Source: a virus. Taken from it: a DNA stretch of 64,000 nucleotides. Made by a program: the position numbers and the translations under genes. Below, one piece after another: positions 47,079-57,379 of the stretch (within the stretch, counting starts at the first letter, position 1; every line of letters starts with the position of its first letter). The DNA lies in the IMG/VR virus record IMGVR_UViG_3300023184_000042, positions 1 to 64,000 of that record; one strand, 5' to 3'. Below the pieces are notes generated by a model that was not told where the DNA came from, did no database searches, and saw nothing but the letters and a program-made list of their open reading frames with translations.

Positions 47079-47864
47079 ATGTTTAAGAACATTTTTAAAA
47101 AAAATACTGATTCTGAAGTTATGACTGACGATGACGTAGCTGTAGAAAATATTGAAGTTATCGACAGTGAAATTGTATATCCTAAATATAATGAAGAGGT
47201 TGAAGAAGCTCTTTCATTTCCAAATTTAGATCAAGACCTTGATCAACAAGAATATACAGAAGAAGAAAATCAATTACTTAACGAAGAAGTTGAGCAAGCC
47301 ACAGAAGAATGGGATATCTTTACTTCACCTCAAGTTGTAGGCTGGTCTTCTAAAGAAGAACAAGAAACTCTTTTTGACGCCGCTTTATGGTTAGCATCAA
47401 CACCAGGTCTATCTATTTTAGATGTAGGCTGTGGTCGTGCTGATTTGTATGTTAAGGCAACTGAAAAAGGTTTAGTTTACAAAGGAATTGATTACAATCC
47501 AAACATCATTAATATTGCACAGCAAAAGTATCCAGAAGTATCTGTTGAGGCTCTAGACGTGTTAGATATTGATGCTGGTGCGGATTATGACTGGGTGGTG
47601 GGCTCAGGATTGTTTAATTTAGCAGTTAAAGACCCAGCAAATTATGCTCAGGCAGTTGTCGCAAAAATGTATGACAAAGCCAAGATCGGTGTAGCATTTA
47701 ATTTATTAACAAGTATCCCAGAGGATATTGCAGAAGAAGACAAACAGCAATTAGTTGTTTGGGAGCCAGCCGCTTGGTTAGCTTATTTGGAATTGACTTA
47801 TAAAAAAGTTATATGCAGAACCGATTACCTTGAAGGAGATACTACATTTTACATTTTAAAATAA
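47079..47864 (+). CDS. class I SAM-dependent methyltransferase with acidic N-terminus
   Basis: ILDVGCG, YKGID, YDWVVGSGLFN, VAFN. Confidence 0.85.
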   Translation: MFKNIFKKNTDSEVMTDDDVAVENIEVIDSEIVYPKYNEEVEEALSFPNLDQDLDQQEYTEEENQLLNEEVEQATEEWDIFTSPQVVGWSSKEEQETLFDAALWLASTPGLSILDVGCGRADLYVKATEKGLVYKGIDYNPNIINIAQQKYPEVSVEALDVLDIDAGADYDWVVGSGLFNLAVKDPANYAQAVVAKMYDKAKIGVAFNLLTSIPEDIAEEDKQQLVVWEPAAWLAYLELTYKKVICRTDYLEGDTTFYILK

Positions 47865-47869
47865 ACATT

Positions 47870-49457
47870 ATGATTTTAGTTTATGTGATTACTGCAGTTT
47901 TATTAGCTGCAGGTGCCATTTTTTATAATAAAATGGACAACAAATTTAAGCAAGAAATTGCAGATCAAAAAGCAATCGTTACTGCACTTCAGGCGCATGT
48001 AGATGTTTTAACAAAAAAGAGAGATCAATTAGTAAATGATTTGAGAAGTTATACTTCTACAAAACAAGTATCTGAAAAGAAAGCTCCTGAATTTCCAGTA
48101 ACTGAATCAACTCCTGAAGTTGCTGCGGCTCCAATTAAAAAGAAAAAGGTTTATAAAAGAAAACCAAAAGCTAAAGTAGTAGCAGCAGAGTAATGGCAGC
48201 TCCTTTTGAATCATTTATCAATCATGTAATGTCTAAACAAGACACTGCAGATAAGTTAAGACAAATTACTCATGTACAAAGTCCAACTAGCAGCAGTTTA
48301 GGTGAGTCTGTTAATTCAATGTTAGTCGAGCAAGAATTTGCTAGTCAATTTGATTATAATGGATATGATTCAGAAGAGAGAAAACAAAAAGTATTGGAGA
48401 AGTTGTATGAAGTTCGATCAAAAATTTCAAAAACATTCAATCCAAATCACAAAGAGTATATGACTGTTCTGCTATGTATTAAATATGTAGCAGAAGGTTA
48501 TGCTCTAACACCAGAGATTACATTATATCTAAATACTCTTTACAAAAATGTCTAAAACAAAACTAGTTGAGTTAATTCAACAATTTCTATCTATATCTGA
48601 AATTGCATCATTAAATGAAATTAATGGTATTGTAGATTCAGAAGACCGTCAAAGACAGTTAAGAACGTTTTTCCATAAACCGGAAATATTTTTAAAATTA
48701 AAGCACCTAACTGACCCGGCTTGGCTATCTTATGAGATATTTATTAAAGGGAAAGCGTATGAATTTTAAAGACTATATAATATCAGAATCAGATTATTCA
48801 TTCTTTGACAGTTTGCCAGAGGATGAAAAATTACTGTTCATGTATGATTTAATATGTGAAGAGTCGTATGGAGTTGGGTCAGACACTTTAGAAGAACCAA
48901 ATTCTAAATATGATACCGCAGAAATTAAATCTGATTTAGATAAATTTGATACTATAGTTGATACATTTAAAAGTAAACTTCAGACTATTGTAGCCGCTTC
49001 TATTTCAGAAAAAGCTCCTGTTAACATGATATTTTTAAATGATAAGCTTATTATCAATTCAGAGTCTTTAGCACTTATCATGGATACAGTTAATCAAATG
49101 ATATTAACTGGTTATTTATTATCAGAGCAAATATTAACAAAACCACAAAGAAAAGTATTTCACCAACAAAAATATTGTAAAGTTTATACAATGTTAGGTA
49201 AGGTAAGTAGAATTTCAGAAAATTAAGTTATGATTCCAACTTCAACGAATTTCGTGCGCTTCAATGACAGCTTACTTCAAATTTTACGATACTACCCAGA
49301 ATCCAGGGTAAGAGATGTAGACGGCATTAAAAAATGGCTAAATGCGGATATTGCTATTCGCAGAGAAGGCATTATGTATTTTTGTCAAACTATAGAAGAT
49401 GCTTTAGAAGAAATTGACCAGGTCGTAGAAATTGAAGAGACTGCTCAAGAAAAATAA
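47870..49457 (+). CDS. five hypothetical proteins (47870-48193, 48193-48555, 48548-48769, 48759-49226, 49230-49457)
   Basis: packed ORFs. Confidence 0.55.
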
Positions 49458-49536
49458 AATAAGATTCATTTGGTATTATCGAATGAATTTCTTATCTTTA
49501 TACTATATAAAAAATAATAATTAAAAAATACAAGTT

Positions 49537-50469
49537 ATGGGTAATATTGGTTATGCGTGTATTAACATGGCGCTAGGTTCTAAAGGTATACTTACCGGAA
49601 GAGCAATGCGCAAAGCAACTTTAGAAGAAAAAGGTATTGAGCATGCTTCAATGTTAGCATTGAAAAATGCTTTAGATTTAGAGACTATCCTTAAGTGGAA
49701 CGTAGCTAATGACATTTTCTTTTTTCGATTAGGTAGTGATTTATTCCCATGGGGCAATAAAGTCGACGTATCTACATTTCCAGACTATAACGAAATATGT
49801 ACCGTGTTAGCCCGTTGTGGTCAATACGCTACTGACAATGGTGTGCGTATAACGACTCACCCAGGTCCATTTAATTTACTTGCATCTCCGCGTGAAGAAG
49901 TAGTACTCAATACTATTTTAGATTTAGAGATGCATGGTAAACTATTTGACTTAATGGGTTTGTCTCGTACTCCTTATAATAAGATTAATATTCACGTTGG
50001 TGCAACTTATGGTGATAAGTATACAGCAGCTGCTACATGGTGTAAAAACTTTTATAGGCTATCCGAGGGCGTCCGAGCCCGTTTAACTATTGAAAATGAC
50101 GATAAAGCATCTATGTATTCAGTGCGAGACTTACATGAGTTGATTCATATGAAAACAAAAATACCAATTGTTTTTGATTATCATCATCATACTTTTTGTG
50201 ATGGCGGTCAATCTGAACAAGAAGCTTTAGAGCTTGCTATGTCGACCTGGTCGAATTGTAAGCCTGTAGCACATTATTCTGAGTCTAAAGCAGTACACGA
50301 ATCTAATGACAAGCTTAATCCTAGAGCGCATTCAGATTACGTTACTAACTATATAGATACTTATGGTAATGATATTGATATTATGATTGAAGCTAAGGCA
50401 AAAGAACAAGCTTTATTAAATTATCGATTGCTGCATAAAAATACTTTGCAAAAAGAGTCTGTTTCATAA
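49537..50469 (+). CDS. uvsE: UV damage endonuclease UvsE/UvdE
   Basis: IGYACIN, FFRLGS, THPG, NIHVG, TIENDD, FDYHHH, HYSE, AHSD, IEAKAKE. Confidence 0.95.
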   Translation: MGNIGYACINMALGSKGILTGRAMRKATLEEKGIEHASMLALKNALDLETILKWNVANDIFFFRLGSDLFPWGNKVDVSTFPDYNEICTVLARCGQYATDNGVRITTHPGPFNLLASPREEVVLNTILDLEMHGKLFDLMGLSRTPYNKINIHVGATYGDKYTAAATWCKNFYRLSEGVRARLTIENDDKASMYSVRDLHELIHMKTKIPIVFDYHHHTFCDGGQSEQEALELAMSTWSNCKPVAHYSESKAVHESNDKLNPRAHSDYVTNYIDTYGNDIDIMIEAKAKEQALLNYRLLHKNTLQKESVS

Positions 50470-50574
50470 ACAGTTACATAATTATATTTTCTTTTATTAA
50501 TATTATAATATTTATTATTATATTATTATACTAGTATTATAATAAATTTTATTAACTATAAATTATAATTTGCC

Positions 50575-50754
50575 ATGCGCTACAAAGAAAACACCGTTAG
50601 AAGGCTAGAAGCTCAATCTCAAAAACTAGCAACACTAGAAAGAGCAATTTCAAATGCTGACATTTCCGGTCCTGATGCAATTTCATTAATTCAAAACATT
50701 AGAAAAGAATTAGACTCTATTGTTGAACGATTAGGATTGGAATCTGATGAATAA
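50575..50754 (+). CDS. small helical protein MRYKENTVRRLE... (59 aa, not in ORF track)
   Basis: overlaps the next start; downstream of late motif 50507. Confidence 0.55.
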   Translation: MRYKENTVRRLEAQSQKLATLERAISNADISGPDAISLIQNIRKELDSIVERLGLESDE

Positions 50755-51757
50755 AACAGTACTAAAAATATTAGTAGGATTTGTCGCGCTTGCATTAGCT
50801 GCTTGCGCGGCATTTTTTTCTATAGTAGGTTTATCTAAATTATTTGCTGGCGCTATGTTAGCAGTAATAGCAATGGCATCTACTCTGGAAATTTCCAAAT
50901 TGGTTATTGCTTCTTATCTTTATCAACAATGGAAAATTGTTAATAAGACATTGAGAGTGTATTTAGTTTCTGCTGTTGCAATAATTGCTATAATAACTTC
51001 TATAGGTATTTATGGATTTTTATCTGGCGCATATCAAACAACAAAATCTAAATATGATTTGACGCAATCTATCACTGACAGTTTAAGTGTTAAGAAATCT
51101 TATTTTGACACTGGGTTAATATCATATCAATCACAATTAGATAGCAAAACAAATCAATTGAATAGTTTATCTTCTATTAGAAATTCTCAAGAACAGCGAG
51201 CATCAAATTTAGTTAATTCTAATAAATCATTTAAATCAGTAGATAAGTCAGCTTTAAATACAGATAAGTCTATTAAAATTTTAAATAAAGAAATTGCTCA
51301 GTTAAATGATAGTATTGTAAAATATTCCACAGAAGCTTCTAAATTAAAATTGAATATTACTCAAGCAAGTTTAAAAAATGAATTATCATCAGAGTTAGGT
51401 TCACTTACTTACATTTCAAAAGTATTAAACGTACCTATGGATAAAGTTGTTAATATATTAATAATTTTATTTATGATTGTATTTGACCCACTTGCTATTT
51501 GTATGGTAATTGCATATAATCAGTTAAATGAATCTAAACCAGATAATGAAGATAATTTAGATGATTTCAGTGATGAAGAACTAGCTGAAATAGTTCAAGA
51601 TATACAATCAGAAACACCCCAAGAACCAATCGATTCAATTCCAATGGATATTGTACCCCAGGAACCTATAATTGATGAAGACGCGGCTAAGACAGCGGCT
51701 AAATTAGAAGCTAAAAGAGCACAAGATCAATCAGCATATGGAGTTAAGATTTATTAA
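50747..51757 (+). CDS. multi-TM coiled-coil membrane protein
   Basis: AAFFSIVGL..LE.SK, TSIGIYGFLS, IVFDPLA. Confidence 0.7.
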   Translation: MNKTVLKILVGFVALALAACAAFFSIVGLSKLFAGAMLAVIAMASTLEISKLVIASYLYQQWKIVNKTLRVYLVSAVAIIAIITSIGIYGFLSGAYQTTKSKYDLTQSITDSLSVKKSYFDTGLISYQSQLDSKTNQLNSLSSIRNSQEQRASNLVNSNKSFKSVDKSALNTDKSIKILNKEIAQLNDSIVKYSTEASKLKLNITQASLKNELSSELGSLTYISKVLNVPMDKVVNILIILFMIVFDPLAICMVIAYNQLNESKPDNEDNLDDFSDEELAEIVQDIQSETPQEPIDSIPMDIVPQEPIIDEDAAKTAAKLEAKRAQDQSAYGVKIY

Positions 51758-51770
51758 TTAAATAAAAGTT

Positions 51771-52295
51771 ATGAGAGCAAAAACAATTAGAAAAGTTGCA
51801 GAGTCAAAGTACAAATCTAAAATTAAAGACAATCAAAGAATAATGATTTGTCAAAATTCAATACCTGGCGGTAAATGGTGGAAAGGTACTGAATGTAAAG
51901 AATGGGTTATAGTATCTGAAAAAGCGACTGCAGTTCTATGTCACAGATGTGTAAATTTACATGTAGAGGCGCCTGTTGAAAGAGGAGCTTCAAATCGATC
52001 TGGTCATCCTAAAGGTTGGAAATTTATGAAATTATATGTAGCTCAAGATGGTACTGTATTTCATAAAGGGGTTGAGCAAGCAGACTTAAAAGGAACTATG
52101 CCAGTAACTGTTATTGAACCTAAAGTAGAAAAAGTAAAAATGTCACTTCAAGAAAAACAAGATGCAATTTTGTCCTTAGGTTTGGAAATTAAAAGTTTAA
52201 AGTCAGAATTAATTGTCGAAACTCGAAAAGGTAAAAGAGCTGAATTAACTAGAGGTTTATCAAAAGCAACTCGTGCTTTGAAAAAGTTAATGTAA
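51771..52295 (+). CDS. hypothetical zinc-binding protein
   Basis: C...C...CHRC; GHPKGWKFM..V..DG.VFHKG. Confidence 0.6.
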   Translation: MRAKTIRKVAESKYKSKIKDNQRIMICQNSIPGGKWWKGTECKEWVIVSEKATAVLCHRCVNLHVEAPVERGASNRSGHPKGWKFMKLYVAQDGTVFHKGVEQADLKGTMPVTVIEPKVEKVKMSLQEKQDAILSLGLEIKSLKSELIVETRKGKRAELTRGLSKATRALKKLM

Positions 52296-52347
52296 TATCT
52301 TTTAATTACAAAAGGAAACCTTATATTACTTTAAATTAAAAATCGAT

Positions 52348-52983
52348 ATGACAAAAACTATAAAAATGGACACCATTTATGATGAGCCAATAAAACCAAA
52401 AAAGAAAATTGTTGATTTAGAAGATTCAAAAAAAGAAGATGATACTTTCAATGAAATTGACTATGGATTAAATATAGATGATTCTGTAATTTATATGCAT
52501 GGAGATATTATGTTAGGGTCACTATTTGATTTTATTTCTAAAGTAAGAATTATTCTTAAAAATAGACCTGAAGAAAAATCTTTAGATCCAATTAACTTGT
52601 TAATTAATTCCAATGGCGGTGATGTATATGAAGCTTTAGGTATAATTGATTATATTGAATCTTTATCTGTACCTGTTAATATTGTAGCTAGAGGAAGAGC
52701 AATGTCTGCAGCTGCAATGATTTTAGCATGTGGTACTGGAAAAAGAATTGCTTCTAAATTAACTACTATTATGCTTCATGAAGCATCAGCTGAAATATTT
52801 GGTAAGTCTGCAGATATAAAAGCAAATGCAGATCATATAGATGGTTTAGAAAATGACTTTTATACTATGATGGCTGAGAAGACAAATCAGACTGAAGATT
52901 TTTGGAGAAAGTCATGTAGAAAGGATTTCTATATTTCAGCAACTAGAGCAAAAGAGTTAGGAGTAATTGACGAAGTAATTTAA
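52348..52983 (+). CDS. clpP: second ClpP-like protease subunit
   Basis: INSNGGDV, AMSAA, MLHE, DFYISA.RAKELGVIDEV. Confidence 0.85.
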   Translation: MTKTIKMDTIYDEPIKPKKKIVDLEDSKKEDDTFNEIDYGLNIDDSVIYMHGDIMLGSLFDFISKVRIILKNRPEEKSLDPINLLINSNGGDVYEALGIIDYIESLSVPVNIVARGRAMSAAAMILACGTGKRIASKLTTIMLHEASAEIFGKSADIKANADHIDGLENDFYTMMAEKTNQTEDFWRKSCRKDFYISATRAKELGVIDEVI

Positions 52984-52987
52984 AATT

Positions 52988-53731
52988 ATGAAAATAGAAG
53001 ATACTGAAAAGCAATGGGATAGATTAATTAATACCATTGACACTTATATTGAAAGTCCTAGAAAAGAAAAATTAACTAAAATGTATGAAGGTTTAGCAGA
53101 AAAGATTTGTACTGCACCTGCATCATCACATTCAACAAGACATAATTGTTTTCCTGGAGGTTATATTGATCACGTAAATAGAGTAGTAAAATGTTCATTA
53201 GAGTTATATACAACTTGGCAAGCTTCTGGAGCAAACGTAAGTAATTTTACAAAAGAAGAGCTAGTATTTGCAGCCTTGAATCATGATTTAGGTAAAATTG
53301 GAAATGCTAAAGAAGATTATTATATTCCAAACGATTCAGATTGGCACGTTAAAAGAGGTCAAGTATACAAAATCAATGGAAGATTGACTTTTATGAAAGT
53401 TCCAGATCGAAGTTTATTTTTACTTCAAGAATATGGAATTGACGTTTCTGAAAATGAATTCCTTTCAATTAAATTACATGATGGTTTATATTCTAAAGGA
53501 AATGAATCTTATTTAATGGGAGGACTTCCTGAATTTTCACTTAATTGTGATATGCCTATTTTACTACATCATGCAGATCATTTAGCTACTTTAATTGAAG
53601 GTAATCTAAATCACACTCCAGAAACTTCTAAACAAGAACCAAAAGTAAAATCAAAATTGTCTAATATCGGAGATCAGGTTACAAATGAAAATTTAAAATC
53701 TGCCTTTGATGAAATATTTGGAACACCATGA
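52988..53731 (+). CDS. HD-domain phosphohydrolase
   Basis: APAS..H..FPGGYIDH, NHDLGK, LHDG, HHAD. Confidence 0.85.
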   Translation: MKIEDTEKQWDRLINTIDTYIESPRKEKLTKMYEGLAEKICTAPASSHSTRHNCFPGGYIDHVNRVVKCSLELYTTWQASGANVSNFTKEELVFAALNHDLGKIGNAKEDYYIPNDSDWHVKRGQVYKINGRLTFMKVPDRSLFLLQEYGIDVSENEFLSIKLHDGLYSKGNESYLMGGLPEFSLNCDMPILLHHADHLATLIEGNLNHTPETSKQEPKVKSKLSNIGDQVTNENLKSAFDEIFGTP

Positions 53732-54009
53732 TAGCAGTAATTTGTATATTGATTTTGATTATAGCCATAGGAACTTATGGCATTATTAATTTATTAAAAC
53801 AATTAGAACAATTAGAAGATCAAGTATCTTTTTATATAGACGTAGTAGATACGGTTAGAGAAAAAGTATTAGATGTTCAAGTTCAATTAAAAGAAATTGA
53901 TATTAAGGGGTCATTTGAAGCTGATGATGAAGTTGGATTTGTATTTAAAGAAATCAAAGAGCTAGCAGATGACTTAACTAATACAATAAATGAAGCGTAT
54001 GAGCGATAA
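53728..54009 (+). CDS. membrane-anchored coiled-coil protein
   Basis: TM plus GSFEADDEVG. Confidence 0.6.
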   Translation: MIAVICILILIIAIGTYGIINLLKQLEQLEDQVSFYIDVVDTVREKVLDVQVQLKEIDIKGSFEADDEVGFVFKEIKELADDLTNTINEAYER

Positions 54010-54805
54010 TATAGAAGAAGTGATAATTGAAGCTCCAGTAGCCGAAGTTATCACAGAAGTTTCAGAACCTAAAACAAGGGGACGGAAACCTAAAAATAAA
54101 CAATACTTTACAAAAGAAACTGAAAATGCAATTTTATTGTATAATCAGTTAGAAAACGAATATGAGCGTAATAGACTTTATGATGCTGAAATTAAATATC
54201 CATTTGATAAGTTAGTAGAAAACATTATTCATACTTTTAAATTTTATCACTTTGATGTTCCTTATGAAGATGTAAAACATGAAGTGGTAGCTTTTTTAAA
54301 TGAAAAAATACATAAGTATGTCGACCCTAATAAGGGTAAAGCCTTTTCATATTTTTCTATTATTGCAAAGAATTATTTGATTATTCATAATAACTCAAAT
54401 TACAATAAATTTAAAAATACTGAACCTACCGAAGCAATTGACGATGCTAGAAATATTATCAATGAAGTTTTGAGAGAAGAGGAAGTAGCTGAAAAGAAAG
54501 AGTTTATGGATTTGTTTGTAGAGTATATGGATAACAATTTAAACGTGTTATTTAAAAAGCAAGCAGATATTCAAGTAGCTGATTCAGTTTTAGAGTTGTT
54601 TCGAAACAGAGAAAACATTGAAAACTTCAACAAAAAAGCTTTATACATTTTAATTAGAGATAGGACCGGAGTCAAAACTCAATACATAACAAGAGTGGTA
54701 AATGCAATGAAAAATGCTTATGCTGAAATGTATTTTACTTATAAACATACCGGAAACGTTTCTTTAGATAAAGCGAAATTTAAAAAATCAGAATTCCTAG
54801 AATAA
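53990..54805 (+). CDS. phage sigma factor, gp55-like (late)
   Basis: YFT.ETE.AI..YN, KLVENII, KYVDPNKGKAFSYFSIIAKN resembles sigma region 2. Confidence 0.7.
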   Translation: MKRMSDNIEEVIIEAPVAEVITEVSEPKTRGRKPKNKQYFTKETENAILLYNQLENEYERNRLYDAEIKYPFDKLVENIIHTFKFYHFDVPYEDVKHEVVAFLNEKIHKYVDPNKGKAFSYFSIIAKNYLIIHNNSNYNKFKNTEPTEAIDDARNIINEVLREEEVAEKKEFMDLFVEYMDNNLNVLFKKQADIQVADSVLELFRNRENIENFNKKALYILIRDRTGVKTQYITRVVNAMKNAYAEMYFTYKHTGNVSLDKAKFKKSEFLE

Positions 54806-54828
54806 AGATATTTATTTTAAAGGAATTT

Positions 54829-55263
54829 ATGGATTTTGATATAGAAATTTTTAAAGGAAAGAAATTTTCCGATTTGATGAAAGACATTTACTCTAACAGT
54901 TCTAAAAAGGACCGTCAGATTAATATGTTGATTGGCGAGTTAAGACCGCTAATTAAAAACATAGGGGACGCGACAGTAATTGTACCTTTAATCAAAGAAT
55001 ATATAGAAGTAGGTGTTAAGAATGATGAACACCTTGTAAAACTAGCCGCTGTAGTCCAACGGTTAGTTTCTACTAACAATAGAGTACAAACTGATACTGG
55101 TAATTCTTGGATTTTATCTGACGAAGAAAAGAAACAGCTTTTAAGTGAGTTAGATAATCTTGCACAAGATGAAGAAACTATTAATAAAAAAGTAGTTGAT
55201 TTAACTTCACAACAAGATCAAATCGAAGCAGAACTTAACGATATTATAGACGGATTGAATTAA
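54829..55263 (+). CDS. conserved hypothetical late protein
   Basis: VPLIKEY.EV.VKNDEHLVKLA. Confidence 0.6.
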   Translation: MDFDIEIFKGKKFSDLMKDIYSNSSKKDRQINMLIGELRPLIKNIGDATVIVPLIKEYIEVGVKNDEHLVKLAAVVQRLVSTNNRVQTDTGNSWILSDEEKKQLLSELDNLAQDEETINKKVVDLTSQQDQIEAELNDIIDGLN

Positions 55264-55264
55264 T

Positions 55265-56401
55265 ATGAAATATGAAATCTCAGCCGGCGAAGTTTTAGAA
55301 GTCATTTATAATGATGATAAACCTAATTTAATATACGGTTTAAAAGTAAAAGAATTAGGAGGAGGTCCAGCTTCTGATGTAGCTGAAGTTACTACTATAA
55401 CTGCAAAACCATTAAATATAGGATTTTTAAGAATACCTATTGTGGGTGAAGCTGTACTATTAATTAAAGCTCCTTCCTCATATGGTACCTCAATTAGAAA
55501 TACTAGCGATACATACTATTTAGATGTAGTATCAATGCAATCTAGTATACACCACAATTCATTACCTACTCAAACTGCTAAAACAGTACAAAAAAATATG
55601 ACTTCTGGCGATGCTGGAAATTATAATTCTGCCGCTGCGGGTAACATTAACAAACCTAAAGACCCTAAAGTAGACGATAACTTTTCAGAAAATGCAAAAG
55701 TACAACCACTGCAGCATTATATAGGTGATATGTTAATTGAAGGTCGATATGGAAATTCAATTAGATTTTCTACAACACCTAAATCAGGTAAATTTACAGT
55801 TCAGCCAAAATGGTCAAATGGTAAACCTGCCGCCCCAATTACAATATTTAGAAATTCTGTTCAAGAAAAAGGCGGAAAGATAAATGGATTTATTACTGAA
55901 GATTTTAATAAAGAAGATAATGTAATAGTTCAAGCCTCTGGACAAAATATAGAATTCGAGCAAGCTTCTAAAGTATTATCTTCAACTAATAAATATAGTT
56001 TAACTTCATGGAAAGATGAGAATTGGGGAACCACTCCACAAACCTTAATTTCATCAGGTAGAATTGTATTTAATAGTTTTCAAAAAGAAATTATAGCGTT
56101 TGCTAAAAAAGGTATTGCATTGTCTTCTGAAACAGCTATTACAATTGACGCTAAGGACATGGTGTCTCTTAATGCTAAAAAGATGGAATTAGGAACTGGT
56201 TCCGAAGAGCCTTTAATTTTAGGTAAAAAATGGAAAGCATGGATGGAAGATTTAATAGATGCTATTGGAGATTTAACTGATATATCTCCGGTAGGCCCTT
56301 GCGCTCCTACTAAATCAGATCCACAATGGTCAAAGATAGCTTCTTTAAAAGCAAAAATACCTACTTTATTAAGTGATATTTCATTTACGAAAAAATCGTA
56401 A
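55265..56401 (+). CDS. baseplate hub/spike-like protein
   Basis: OB-like P.VGE.V, GD..IEGR.GNSIRF, beta-repeat C-terminus; next to gp25/gp6. Confidence 0.6.
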   Translation: MKYEISAGEVLEVIYNDDKPNLIYGLKVKELGGGPASDVAEVTTITAKPLNIGFLRIPIVGEAVLLIKAPSSYGTSIRNTSDTYYLDVVSMQSSIHHNSLPTQTAKTVQKNMTSGDAGNYNSAAAGNINKPKDPKVDDNFSENAKVQPLQHYIGDMLIEGRYGNSIRFSTTPKSGKFTVQPKWSNGKPAAPITIFRNSVQEKGGKINGFITEDFNKEDNVIVQASGQNIEFEQASKVLSSTNKYSLTSWKDENWGTTPQTLISSGRIVFNSFQKEIIAFAKKGIALSSETAITIDAKDMVSLNAKKMELGTGSEEPLILGKKWKAWMEDLIDAIGDLTDISPVGPCAPTKSDPQWSKIASLKAKIPTLLSDISFTKKS

Positions 56402-56446
56402 AATACTAGTAAATTAATAAACTAAATAATTATTAAAAAGAATAAT

Positions 56447-56929
56447 ATGAACTCAAAAGATTTTATACAAGCGCTTCGAAAAGTAATTCGTGAAGAAGTT
56501 TCGACCGCGGTTCGTACAGAGTTAAAGCAGTTTGGTTCCGTGATTACAGAAACAAAAAGACCTGTCAGACAAGAGCAAGCGCCTACATACACTAACACAT
56601 ATAAACCAAAACCTAAACCAAAGCAGACATTTTCAAAAAATTCTATGCTTAATGACATTTTAAATGATACTGGAGGATTTCGTTCTGAAAACCCTTATGC
56701 ATCGTTAAATGAAAGTATGGTTGATTATAGTGGAGATTTTGATGAATGGCCAACAATGCAAATGGGAGCAAGACCTTCAATGACTATGTCCAAAGCTGCT
56801 GCAATTCCAACTACTGATCCAGAAGGAAGACCTATAAACCCAGCAAATGTACCTGAGGAAGTAGTTAATGCAATTACAAAAGACTATTCAGCTTTAATGA
56901 AAGCAATTGATAAGAAAAAAGGATTATAA
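56447..56929 (+). CDS. hypothetical virion protein with class-B-like leader
   Basis: LRKVIREEV...VITE; TKDYSALMKAI. Confidence 0.55.
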   Translation: MNSKDFIQALRKVIREEVSTAVRTELKQFGSVITETKRPVRQEQAPTYTNTYKPKPKPKQTFSKNSMLNDILNDTGGFRSENPYASLNESMVDYSGDFDEWPTMQMGARPSMTMSKAAAIPTTDPEGRPINPANVPEEVVNAITKDYSALMKAIDKKKGL

Positions 56930-57378
56930 TGTCATACGAAAAAAGATATAACACGATTGATTTACTTCCTGATGTAGCAGTTGGAATTAAACTTCCAATG
57001 CTAAGATCTGACGGAGTACTATTCGAGTTATCTTATTCAACGGAAGATCAAATAATTTCAAATTTAAAAAATTTAATTCTTACGAGAAAAGGCGAACGTA
57101 TAATGCAGCCTGAATTTGGAACTACATTACAAGATTCTTTATTTGAACAAAACACGGAATTGTTAGTAACTTCTATTAGAAATTCTATACAAGATGCAGT
57201 AGCATTTTGGCTACCATATGTTAGTATTGATACATTAACAGTAGATCCTGTTATAGCAGTTTTAGGAAATCAAGAAGATCATGGAGTAACAGTATCAATT
57301 TCAGTTTTATTAAATGGTCGAAAATCAGAACAATCAATTACATTTTTAGTAACAGCAAATTCAATTGAATTAATATAA
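56929..57378 (+). CDS. baseplate wedge protein gp25-like
   Basis: NLKNLILTRKGERIMQPEFG...WLPYV. Confidence 0.9.
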   Translation: MSYEKRYNTIDLLPDVAVGIKLPMLRSDGVLFELSYSTEDQIISNLKNLILTRKGERIMQPEFGTTLQDSLFEQNTELLVTSIRNSIQDAVAFWLPYVSIDTLTVDPVIAVLGNQEDHGVTVSISVLLNGRKSEQSITFLVTANSIELI

Positions 57379-57379
57379 T

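Noticed and set aside
50470-50570. Extremely AT-rich TATTA tract as an origin
   Set aside because: Short low-complexity intergenic sequence, adequately explained by a late promoter; no further support
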